Positions 17,748 through 26,561 of a stretch of 64,000 nucleotides of DNA are shown here, piece after piece. The notes under the pieces are model-generated. The model was not told the origin of the DNA, searched no databases, and saw nothing but the letters and a program-made list of their open reading frames with translations. The position numbers and the translations under genes were made by a program. Source of the stretch: an uncultured bacterium. Lineage in GTDB: Bacteria > Patescibacteriota > Minisyncoccia > Phycocordibacterales > Phycocordibacteraceae. Position 1 is the first letter of the stretch. Every line of letters begins with the position of its first letter. The DNA lies in assembly GCA_947085985.1 (NCBI GenBank), contig CAMTYL010000003.1, forward strand, positions 298,108 to 362,107, read 5' to 3'.

Positions 17748-20651
17748 TTAGGACTCACAACTCTCACACACTCCACTCTCCTCTCCGGCTGCTACGCGTG
17801 CCATCTTCGCCTGCCACTCCTCTGGGCTAAATCCGCTTGGCACTCCAAGCGTTGGCGCTGCTACTGGTTTTGTAAGTTCTGGAGACTGTGACTGCTCTAC
17901 TACCGCTTCAGCCGTTGCGACTGCGTACGCAAGTGGTCCGCCTGCGGTGCGTGTGTGCGTAGCACCGTGCTCGCTTGTAGAAACTGACGCCTTCTCTACC
18001 TGTGAAGCACCGAGGGTACGGAGGTAGTAGGTGGTCTTTAGTCCCATCTGCCATGCGGTGAAGTAGGCGTCGGACAATTCGCGTCCGCTGGTACCGTTGT
18101 AGAAGATGTTCAGCGACTGTGACTGGTCAATCCACTTCGCACGGCGGGCCGCAGCTTCAATCAACCAGCGTGCATCAATCTCAAAGACTTCCTTGTACTT
18201 CTCGCGAAGGAGGAACGGAATCTCTTCAATACCCTGGATAGAACCATCCGCGTACTTGATGCGGTTCAGCATGCCCGTGTCCCACATGCCAATCTTCTTC
18301 AAGTCCTCGACGAGGTACTTGTTCACCACCACGAACTCTCCCTCCTTGTTGCTCTTTACGTAGATGTTCTTGTAGATAGGTTCTACACATGGGATACAAC
18401 CCACGAGGTTTGCGGTAGACGCCGTTGGTGCAATCGCCATGGTGTTGGAGTTGCGCATGCCGTGCTCTTTGACATGAGCGCGTACTGGCGCCCAATCTAG
18501 CTTGCCACCACGCTTCACTTCAATCTTTTCTCCACGCTCCTGCTCCAACATGTCCACGGTGTCCTGTGGGAAGAGATTGCGGTCCCACTTACTTCCCTTG
18601 TACGTCTCGTAAGTACCGCGCTCCTTTGCAAGCTCGCTGGACGCAAGGATGGTGTAGTAGGCAACGACTTCCATACTCTCGTCAGCAAAGGTGACCGCCT
18701 CTGGCGTATCAAACTGAATGCCGAGCATGTAGAGCGCGTCGTGGTAACCACGTACTCCCATACCAACAGGACGGTGGCGGGTGTTGCCGCGCTTTGCGTC
18801 CTCGGTTGGATAGAAGTTTAGGTCAATCACGTTATCCAACATGCGAATACCAATCTTGGTGTAGCGCTGCACAAGCTCGGGGTTGAAGTACGGCGCTCCA
18901 TTGTCCTCGCGGAAGCTGACAAACTTTGCGAAGTTGAGTGAGCCAATCGTACATACCGCGGTCTCGTTGTCGCTCGTGTTAAGCGTAATTTCGGTACAGA
19001 GGTTTGAGTTGTGCACGACACCCACGTGGTCCTGCGGAGAACGCACGTTGCATGGGTCCTTAAACGTAATCCATGGGTGGCCCGTCTCAAAGAGCATGCC
19101 GATCATCTTCTTCCACAGATCTGGCGCGCTGATGCGCTTTGCGTACTCAATCTCACCGCGATCAAACATTGCCTCGTACTCGTGGTAGCGCTTTTCAAAT
19201 GCTGCGCCGTAGAGGTCGTGCAAATCAGGCACATCGCTTGGAGAGAAGAGTGTCCACTCACCTCCGTCACGAACCCTCTTCATGAACAAGTCTGGAATCC
19301 AGTTTGCTGTGTTGATGTCGTGGGTGCGGCGACGCTCGTCTCCAGTGTTCTTACGAAGCTCCAGGAAGTCCTCAATATCTAGGTGCCAAGTCTCAAGGTA
19401 TACACAGCCTGCGCCTCGGCGCTTTCCTGAGCGGTTGATTGCAAGGTTTACGTCGTTCGCAATCTTTAGGAATGGCACGATGCCCTGGCTTGGTACGCCG
19501 GTCCCCTTAATGAATGAACCGGTAGAGCGCACACGGGTCCAGTCGGTTCCGGTTCCTCCTGACCACTTCAGGTACTGCGCGTTGTCAGACACCGACTTGA
19601 AGATACCGTCTAGTGAGTCTGGCACCGTGTTTAGGAAACAGTTAGAAAGCTGTGCCTTTGCAGCACCTGCCTGGAAGAGTGTGCGACCACCCGGTGTGTA
19701 GTAGAAGTTGGAAAGCGCATCATAGAACTCAAGCGCAACTTCCTCGCGGTCCTCTGGCTTCTCCGCAATCGCAAGTCCCATCGCGATGCGCATCCAAAGC
19801 ATCTGCGGGGTCTCAAGCGGTTTCTTTGCCTTCACGTCCTCCATGCAGTAGCGACTGCCCATGATTTCAAGACCCATGTACTCAAACAGGTGGTCGTTCT
19901 CAATCTTGAGCGCTGCGCCCATCTTTGCGTAGTCGTACTCGGCCATACGCGGGTCTAGGTTGCCCTCCTCTACCAAACGCTTCATGTTCTTCTCGAACAC
20001 TTTTGTGTGCTCTTCTACCAATTGCTTCTTATCAAATCCTTCACCGAAGACTTCGCTGTAGATTTTGTTCAACAACAGGCGCGCTGCAAGCTTTGAGTAT
20101 GCAGGGTCGCGCTCAATCATAGAACGCACCACCATGATGAGTGCCTTCTGCACTTCGTCGGTGCTCATGCCCTCGTACAACTCGTACTTCAACTGAGACA
20201 CAATGTGCTCTACATCCACCGCATCCGTACCAATCTCAGTCACTAGGTGCTGGATAGTCTGGCGCACACGGTCCTCGCGGAACGGTTCTAGCTTCCCAGA
20301 GCGGGTCATCACCTTAAGCGCGTTCTCCTCAATCTTCTCTAGCACCTCCTGCTTCTTCTCTTCGCGAATCTTGGTGTGTTCGTAGCGGTAGACAATGTAG
20401 TGCTTGGCCACCGTCATGTAGTTCGCTTCCATGAGCGCTACTTCCACCAAGTCCTGCACCATTTCCACCGATGGTACGGCATCCTCGCCGTACTTTGCCT
20501 CCAAAATAGCAAGCACGCCCATGGTGAGCGCGTGGAGTCCCTCTTCGGTTATCGCTACGTCGCAGCTATGGAAAGCTTTACGCAGAGCATCAGTAATTTT
20601 TGTCGTCTCAAAGTCAACAATGCTCCCGTTTCGCTTCTTAATCTGCTTCAT
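17748..20651 (-). CDS. nrdA: ribonucleoside-diphosphate reductase alpha subunit (class I R1) with N-terminal ATP cone
   Basis: 967 aa; ATP-cone 'KRNGSIVDFETTKITDAL', catalytic core, C-terminal Cys pair 'CESCES'. Confidence 0.9.
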   Translation of the reverse strand: MKQIKKRNGSIVDFETTKITDALRKAFHSCDVAITEEGLHALTMGVLAILEAKYGEDAVPSVEMVQDLVEVALMEANYMTVAKHYIVYRYEHTKIREEKKQEVLEKIEENALKVMTRSGKLEPFREDRVRQTIQHLVTEIGTDAVDVEHIVSQLKYELYEGMSTDEVQKALIMVVRSMIERDPAYSKLAARLLLNKIYSEVFGEGFDKKQLVEEHTKVFEKNMKRLVEEGNLDPRMAEYDYAKMGAALKIENDHLFEYMGLEIMGSRYCMEDVKAKKPLETPQMLWMRIAMGLAIAEKPEDREEVALEFYDALSNFYYTPGGRTLFQAGAAKAQLSNCFLNTVPDSLDGIFKSVSDNAQYLKWSGGTGTDWTRVRSTGSFIKGTGVPSQGIVPFLKIANDVNLAINRSGKRRGAGCVYLETWHLDIEDFLELRKNTGDERRRTHDINTANWIPDLFMKRVRDGGEWTLFSPSDVPDLHDLYGAAFEKRYHEYEAMFDRGEIEYAKRISAPDLWKKMIGMLFETGHPWITFKDPCNVRSPQDHVGVVHNSNLCTEITLNTSDNETAVCTIGSLNFAKFVSFREDNGAPYFNPELVQRYTKIGIRMLDNVIDLNFYPTEDAKRGNTRHRPVGMGVRGYHDALYMLGIQFDTPEAVTFADESMEVVAYYTILASSELAKERGTYETYKGSKWDRNLFPQDTVDMLEQERGEKIEVKRGGKLDWAPVRAHVKEHGMRNSNTMAIAPTASTANLVGCIPCVEPIYKNIYVKSNKEGEFVVVNKYLVEDLKKIGMWDTGMLNRIKYADGSIQGIEEIPFLLREKYKEVFEIDARWLIEAAARRAKWIDQSQSLNIFYNGTSGRELSDAYFTAWQMGLKTTYYLRTLGASQVEKASVSTSEHGATHTRTAGGPLAYAVATAEAVVEQSQSPELTKPVAAPTLGVPSGFSPEEWQAKMARVAAGEESGVCESCES

Positions 20652-20905
20652 AGAGGTATCCCGTAGGTTACTTTTTAATAATTAAGCCTTGACGTGCATG
20701 TCAGCAGGAAGCAGTGCTTCAATTCGAGCTGCCTTCCGGGCACCGTAGTGCTGGCGGGCGCACTTTCTCGACTGCATACGGCTATCGGTACTCCTCTATG
20801 GTACCCCCGTTTCCCGGATACTCCTTGTGGATAAAATACCAGAGAACAGTCCCGAGAGACCGCAAGGAACAGATAGAAATTGAGCCTGTATTTGTATAAA
20901 AATCC

Positions 20906-20935
20906 ACACCCGGGAGCAGCAAGCCGCTCCCGGGT
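20906..20935 (-). terminator. bidirectional hairpin CACCCGGGAGCAGCAAGCCGCTCCCGGGTG with U-runs on both sides
   Basis: Perfect 11-bp stem; stem sequence nearly identical to hairpin at 21609-21634. Confidence 0.55.
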
Positions 20936-20963
20936 GTTCTTGGTTTAGGCTACTGCCCCGGAC

Positions 20964-21524
20964 TCAGAGAGAGTCCTCGTAAACGATAATATGGTCTGTC
21001 TCCTCGAGCTCGTCCGTGTCACCAGCATCCCACCGGGACCGATGGATACTGGTGCTTCTGGTAAGGCCGAATACTTTTTTGTCGTGTCGAGTAGACAGGA
21101 AGATGACCCAGCTCTCGCCCTGTTTCCGGAGGCACCAGTCGCTGGGAACGAAGCGAGGGTTATCCGCAAGGAATTTCAGCACTTCTTCCGGAGGATGGGC
21201 TTCCGGTTTGAAGTACGCAGCCAGGTCTGCATACGTCTTCACGTCCTTCAGATCACTGCACTGCAGCACACCAAGCCGACGGCCGTCGTGCCAGAGATTG
21301 TTGCCCCGGCGCATAACGGTAGAACTGCCAGAGCCTTCCACAGTCGGCAACGTGTGGGCCGTATCAACAACGATGGCCTGCCCCGTGACGAGTTTGTGCA
21401 GGTCGACCCACAGATTGGCGTGGCCTGCGAGCCACGCGAGCTCGTGTTGCTGGAAACCAGCCTCCGTCATCAGCGCCTTAAACGCACTAATGTCGTCGGC
21501 CTCAAACGTCAGTGTGTCTCTCAT
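20964..21524 (-). CDS. hypothetical GC-rich protein (186 aa from ATG with RBS GAAAGGA)
   Basis: Start taken at 'MRDTLTF' (RBS-supported) rather than upstream ATG at 21572; no recognised family. Confidence 0.45.
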   Translation of the reverse strand: MRDTLTFEADDISAFKALMTEAGFQQHELAWLAGHANLWVDLHKLVTGQAIVVDTAHTLPTVEGSGSSTVMRRGNNLWHDGRRLGVLQCSDLKDVKTYADLAAYFKPEAHPPEEVLKFLADNPRFVPSDWCLRKQGESWVIFLSTRHDKKVFGLTRSTSIHRSRWDAGDTDELEETDHIIVYEDSL

Positions 21525-21608
21525 GCCAGATATCCTTTCGGTTCTGTGATTGGTCCAAATGTACAGTGCCATAAAAATGCAGTGTAATCAACAACGGCTG
21601 AAAAATCG

Positions 21609-21634
21609 CACCCGGAGCGGTTTCGCTCCGGGTG
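21609..21634 (-). terminator. hairpin CACCCGGAGCGGTTTCGCTCCGGGTG + U-run (terminator of 21656..22216)
   Basis: Near-identical stem to 20906-20935. Confidence 0.55.
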
Positions 21635-21655
21635 TTGTTCTGGCGACTTGTTGCG

Positions 21656-22216
21656 TTAGGCCACGATACGCTCTTGGTGCCAGCTTTCGCTGACTTCTTC
21701 CAGCGATATAGCAATCCGTCGCAGGTCGCGGACCTTGTTGGCTACGTCGTCTGCAAAGGATTGCACCCGATTGCCATGGTCCTTCACACTTTCGCTGACC
21801 ACCCACGCGAGCGACTTGTCGGGGCTAGCTTGATAGTACTTATGGCGACCAGGGAACGTGTAGCGGGGTTGAACGACATCGGCCCCCCAACGCTCAATAA
21901 CACCAACAAGCCGGCCGCATGCCGAGGAGAATTCTTCTCCCGGCCGCCCCTGCAGAAGCTGGTACAGGCCCGCCACTGCCCGCACATCGTCTGCATCCCT
22001 GGATTCTAGGAACCACGAGTGTGTGACCCCCCAGATGCCGAGGATGATTTGATGTATAGGCCCATTGACGTTGGTCTTCCATGAGTTGACCACCGTCATA
22101 CTCTCGAGCTCAGGCTCCAGTCGGTTACGCCCCAGAATCTGCATGGCGCCGGCCGCAAAGCCAACGCTCAGCAATTCAAACGCGGGAATGGGCCCGCGCA
22201 GTCGGTCCTCATTCAT
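21656..22216 (-). CDS. hypothetical GC-rich protein (186 aa)
   Basis: SD 'GGAGAT' upstream; hairpin GAGCGTTCACTGCGAACGCTC in 5' leader; no recognised family. Confidence 0.45.
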   Translation of the reverse strand: MNEDRLRGPIPAFELLSVGFAAGAMQILGRNRLEPELESMTVVNSWKTNVNGPIHQIILGIWGVTHSWFLESRDADDVRAVAGLYQLLQGRPGEEFSSACGRLVGVIERWGADVVQPRYTFPGRHKYYQASPDKSLAWVVSESVKDHGNRVQSFADDVANKVRDLRRIAISLEEVSESWHQERIVA

Positions 22217-22298
22217 GACTTAGGATCTCCGTACGAGCGTTCACTGCGAACGCTCCCCGTTCACACGGTATATCGCGGGACCTTGATACGCAACAACG

Positions 22299-22898
22299 CT
22301 AGTGCGTGTTGGTCTGTAGCATCGCCTTCTCTATCCCACCCTCCACAAACGTACGGATAGACTGTGCGGACGCCTTCAGTGATTTCTTTAGTACCGGCTC
22401 CTCCGCAGGAGAAAACTTTCCAATCACGTGCTTCACTACTTTCTCTTCGCCGTTTGGCTTCTTGGTCTTTCCTTTTGGTGTTTGTCCTGAAATACCAATC
22501 TTTAGCTGCGCAAACTCCTTGGTCTTGAGCGCGCGCATAATACTCTCCACGCCCTTGTGTCCACCGCTCCCGCGCCCATGCACGGTCATTTTGAGTGTAC
22601 CGAGCGGCAAATCTAAATCGTCGCGTACCACCAGCAAGTTCTTTGCAGCCTTTACACTTTTTACAAACGCGGGCGCTGCTTTGCCAGAGAGGTTCATAGA
22701 CACTTCAGGAATGACGAGCGTCACCTTCTCCCCCGCAATTTCGCCCACCGACACGCTCGCATGTGCGAGTTTCTTTAGTTTAAAATCTGCAAACCCGTCC
22801 TCGTTTGCAAGAAGTTCAAGCGCCATACGCCCTGCGTTATGGCGGGTCTTTGCATACTCGGGGCCAGGATTGCCCAGTCCTATAATTACGTAAGCCAT
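22299..22898 (-). CDS. pth: peptidyl-tRNA hydrolase
   Basis: 'IIGLGNPGPEYAKTRHNAG' Pth signature. Confidence 0.9.
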   Translation of the reverse strand: MAYVIIGLGNPGPEYAKTRHNAGRMALELLANEDGFADFKLKKLAHASVSVGEIAGEKVTLVIPEVSMNLSGKAAPAFVKSVKAAKNLLVVRDDLDLPLGTLKMTVHGRGSGGHKGVESIMRALKTKEFAQLKIGISGQTPKGKTKKPNGEEKVVKHVIGKFSPAEEPVLKKSLKASAQSIRTFVEGGIEKAMLQTNTH

Positions 22899-23638
22899 GT
22901 CTTGATTGTATCAGTCACTTCCTGGTCGCGCGTATAGAAGGTGTGATTGGCCTTTTTAATAACCACACTCGTGCCCTGAACAAATCCCTTTGCGAAGCGC
23001 TGTAGTGCAGTGGTTGTGCCTACAAAACTATCGGCCCCCGCAATTACCACAAGAACGGGCACAGTTATAAGCGCTGACTGCTTTCGAACGTCGTAGCGCA
23101 TGAAATCTATAAGCCAGGTCCGCTTCAGTGGAAGTGATGCGCCTTCGGGACCGGGAGTTTTATGCTTATTGAAAATTAACCACCACAAACCGTACGGCAA
23201 AAATACTTTAGCGTAGAGCTGCCAGTTCACCGCAGGAGCTAAAAGCATCAGTCGGCTGACTTTTTCGGGATACATCCCCGCATATTCAGACGCGACCGTG
23301 GCCCCCAAGCTGTGTCCGGCAAGCAGCACTGAGTCTTCGTACCACCCCTCTTGTTGTGCATACACCAGCACGTCTTCCAGGTCTTCCAAATATCCGGTAG
23401 TGGTACTGCCTGCAAAATCTGCATCAGGAGCTTTTGCACCATCTGCCGCATCAAACGTTAGAGCGGTGTAGCCTGTGGCCACTGCGCCGTTTGCAACAGC
23501 CACAACTACGTACTGATCCTTCCATCCGCCCAGACCATGAAGCACAACCACCAAACCCTTGGAGGTGTCGGGCACACGAACCGTCGCGGGCATGCGTTTG
23601 CCGCGTCTATTTAAAATTACCAACTCGCGCGTTTCCAT
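22886..23638 (-). CDS. alpha/beta hydrolase
   Basis: 'LAGHSLGATVA' nucleophile elbow. Confidence 0.65.
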   Translation of the reverse strand: METRELVILNRRGKRMPATVRVPDTSKGLVVVLHGLGGWKDQYVVVAVANGAVATGYTALTFDAADGAKAPDADFAGSTTTGYLEDLEDVLVYAQQEGWYEDSVLLAGHSLGATVASEYAGMYPEKVSRLMLLAPAVNWQLYAKVFLPYGLWWLIFNKHKTPGPEGASLPLKRTWLIDFMRYDVRKQSALITVPVLVVIAGADSFVGTTTALQRFAKGFVQGTSVVIKKANHTFYTRDQEVTDTIKTWLT

Positions 23639-23661
23639 ACGCGCATAGTACAGTACGCGCT

Positions 23662-23973
23662 CTATAGCTTCGCCATCGCCTCGGCAAACTCAGCCTCTGT
23701 TGCTACAGGACCCTCAAGTTCTTCACTCGGATTGTCTTGCCAATATTCAAGTGAAAGCATATTGCGACGAGTAAGACGCTCAGCCAAATCAAAGTCACCC
23801 TCCGCTACCGTGTCTACAAAGTAGGCCACACCGCCTGCGAAGATGTCCTCGGCTTCTTTTATCTCTCCGTCTTCACTATCGTGGATACACACAGGCCCGT
23901 ACGACGTCTCAAACGCAATTTCGTCTGCGTGTTCGCCCACAAACGGCATGCCACAGGTTATGCAGGAATTCAT
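23662..23973 (-). CDS. small zinc-ribbon protein, acidic C-terminal half
   Basis: 'CITCGMPF...C' Cys pairs. Confidence 0.35.
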   Translation of the reverse strand: MNSCITCGMPFVGEHADEIAFETSYGPVCIHDSEDGEIKEAEDIFAGGVAYFVDTVAEGDFDLAERLTRRNMLSLEYWQDNPSEELEGPVATEAEFAEAMAKL

Positions 23974-24003
23974 ATCTTTTAGTATATCAAGTTCCTAATA
24001 CTG

Positions 24004-24654
24004 CTATCCAATAGTCCCTCTACTAAACAAACCCGGCACAATGCGAGTAAAGAAACTCGCGAAGTAGTCGGAATCCGACACACGAGCGACCACCACAGAC
24101 TTCTCTGTGTCCGCACCCTTAGCCGTAGCAGCCACGGGGCGTATTACAATAAACTTTTGCTTCCAGGCCTTCTTGAAGTCAGCGATGCTGAGCTTCTTTC
24201 CTGCTCCTGCAGTGGCAGGGTCGTTGTAATACACGTGCGTCTTATCCATACCCACTATCACCACCAAGTGAGGAATGGGGTTGGTTGGCTCAAATTTGTA
24301 GTGCACCGACGCAATAACGGGGCCCGTCTTCAGCTGTGTGGTGAACGCACTAAACGCCGCACTCTGGGACGACCTCGTCATGTCGTATGCTTGCCCCTTC
24401 ATGCCGTACTTGGTAGCGAGGTCAATTAATCCCTTATGCGTCCAGCCCGCACTTTGCAAATACGCGCCCGACTTGAGCGCTTGCGACAGCATCGTGTCTA
24501 CAGAAATTTCTTTAGTGGAGTAGTAATCAACTACCATCGCGATGGACACAACCCCACACGCATTCTTCTTCCACTCTACTGCCGAAACGTCGGTGAATTG
24601 TGAGTAATACGGTACGTGAGCGACAGGAACTTCTACGGGAAGTGCTGGTATCAT
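24004..24654 (-). CDS. papain-like cysteine peptidase (C39-like domain)
   Basis: 'KKNACGVVSIAMVVDYY' Cys nucleophile context and later 'PHLVVIVG' His. Confidence 0.5.
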   Translation of the reverse strand: MIPALPVEVPVAHVPYYSQFTDVSAVEWKKNACGVVSIAMVVDYYSTKEISVDTMLSQALKSGAYLQSAGWTHKGLIDLATKYGMKGQAYDMTRSSQSAAFSAFTTQLKTGPVIASVHYKFEPTNPIPHLVVIVGMDKTHVYYNDPATAGAGKKLSIADFKKAWKQKFIVIRPVAATAKGADTEKSVVVARVSDSDYFASFFTRIVPGLFSRGTIG

Positions 24655-24705
24655 TCGCTGATTTTCCCACTGAAAAACAGCAGTGTCAATGACTTCGACT
24701 CATCA

Positions 24706-25551
24706 CTACTCTTGCACAATCACTACCGTTCCAATGTCCGCCCACTCGTAGAGTTTCCTTGCTGCTTGCGGAGGAACGTTTACACATCCGTGCGACCACG
24801 GCTGTCCAAAACTATTGTGCCAGTACGCGCCATGTATCACCGCGCCATCATATGTGAAGTACAAATTCCATGGCACACCGGGCAGGTCGTACACCTGGCT
24901 GCTGACGCCAGGAAGTGGCCCCTGCATGTAGCGACTTGGGGTCTTTCTAAATACTTCAAAAGTGCCCGGTGGGGTCGGAGTGAGTTCTAGCCCTGTTGAA
25001 ATCGGCTCACTCATAAACACCGTGTCGTTGTCGTACGCATACAGCATCTCCTCGGTGAGACTTATGTATATTTGCTTTTGCGTCGGCGGCGACCCTTTGT
25101 CCAAATCTATATCGCCCTCGTCGTATAAAAGCTCTACTGCGTCCGCGTACACATACCAATCACTCGTAACGCGCTCAGGGAAGCGGACGTGCTCGTCCAT
25201 CAAAATTTTGTACCAATCCTGCCCGTCCACGGTCACCGTCCCCGCAACGCGAAGCACGACGCCCGTACGTAGGCGCTCCACCACACTCGCCTCCTTACTT
25301 GGAGCGGAGCGCATATTCACACAAGTGCCCTCGTACGCGTGATTACAGCCCTCTTTCACTTCCATGTAGGCGACCCCAGAAACAGGAACAAGCGCCACGG
25401 CCGTAGAGGACGCCTGCTCGCCAGGAAGCGCTGCAATTGGCTCGTTATTTGTCTTTGGACCAAGCAACCACACAGAAATAAGTGCAATTAAGACGACCAC
25501 GAGCACTCCCGCTATGGCGTATGGAAGGCGATATTTTCCTACGTTATGCAT
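24706..25551 (-). CDS. L,D-transpeptidase (YkuD domain), N-terminal TM anchor
   Basis: C-terminal 'HGAYWHNSFGQPWSHGCVNV' catalytic His/Cys motif; start at internal ATG 'MHNVGKY'. Confidence 0.75.
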   Translation of the reverse strand: MHNVGKYRLPYAIAGVLVVVLIALISVWLLGPKTNNEPIAALPGEQASSTAVALVPVSGVAYMEVKEGCNHAYEGTCVNMRSAPSKEASVVERLRTGVVLRVAGTVTVDGQDWYKILMDEHVRFPERVTSDWYVYADAVELLYDEGDIDLDKGSPPTQKQIYISLTEEMLYAYDNDTVFMSEPISTGLELTPTPPGTFEVFRKTPSRYMQGPLPGVSSQVYDLPGVPWNLYFTYDGAVIHGAYWHNSFGQPWSHGCVNVPPQAARKLYEWADIGTVVIVQE

Positions 25552-26006
25552 GGGCGCAGTGTATGCGCATCTAGCAAATGCACAACCATACGGAATACCC
25601 ACACGAAAACTTCCCCTCCACCTGAGCGAGTGTGTTTGGTCAGAAACGCTACATCGCAAGCAGCCACAGAACAGAGTTTGATTTGTATTTCTCTCTGGAG
25701 CGAGCAATGTTTTAAATAAAGGACTTCCCTCTTTTGCCTCTGGAGCGAGCTTGTGAAGAGAAATGCGCTAAACCCGAAGCAGTCAATACGATACCGAGTC
25801 TGCAAGAAAAATTATTTTAGCGAAGCGCTCGTAATTTTTCGCAGAAAGACGAGCATATCGTATGACGCTCTGAGGGCCGGGCTGCGCATTTTCTCAACAA
25901 GCGAGCGCGCCAGAAATTCTTATGAGCGCAAGTGAATTAGAATTTCAAGTACTCCTGGGGTGAAAATTTGACGTGCGAGTTGAGAAGAATACAATACAAC
26001 TATCTT

Positions 26007-26561
26007 ATGAAGTTCTTCGGTGGCGCAGTACGAGAAATTCTTACCTTCGTCGTACTGGCCGTGGTCATCGTCGTCCCGATTCGCTTCTTTATTGCGCAGC
26101 CGTTTGTTGTTGAAGGTGATTCAATGCATCCGACGTTTGAAGGAGGCGATTATTTGGTCGTAGATCAGCTCAGCTACCACTTGGGCGACCCAAAGCGAGG
26201 CGATGTGGTGATATTCCGCTACCCAGGAGACCCGTCAGTCTTCTATATTAAGCGCATCATTGGCCTTCCCGGAGAAACCGTGAATGTTGACCGCGGTCGC
26301 ACGAGTATCACCAAGGCTGACGGAAGCACCGTTGTGCTGAAAGAAACGTATGTGATTGCAGAAGACGCTACCTACACCGTCACCACCAACCTCGGCGAGG
26401 ACGAGTTCTTTGTGATGGGCGACAACCGCCCACGCAGCTCGGACTCTCGTGTGTGGGGCGCGCTTCCGCGTCACGACGTGGTGGGTCGCGCCTTTATTCG
26501 CCTTTTGCCTACTGCTCACGCAAGCATTCTTCCAGGCTCACTCAAAGAAGACACGATATGA
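26007..26561 (+). CDS. lepB: signal peptidase I
   Basis: 'GDSMHPTF' Ser box, 'IKRIIGLPGE', 'GDNRPRSSDSR' boxes. Confidence 0.85.
   Translation: MKFFGGAVREILTFVVLAVVIVVPIRFFIAQPFVVEGDSMHPTFEGGDYLVVDQLSYHLGDPKRGDVVIFRYPGDPSVFYIKRIIGLPGETVNVDRGRTSITKADGSTVVLKETYVIAEDATYTVTTNLGEDEFFVMGDNRPRSSDSRVWGALPRHDVVGRAFIRLLPTAHASILPGSLKEDTI

Noticed and set aside
20700-20790. SRP (4.5S) RNA-like CCCGGAAGG tetraloop motif in the nrdA leader
   Set aside because: Only the short GGAA-loop helix resembles SRP domain IV; the conserved AGCAGC/asymmetric-loop features and overall hairpin are absent.
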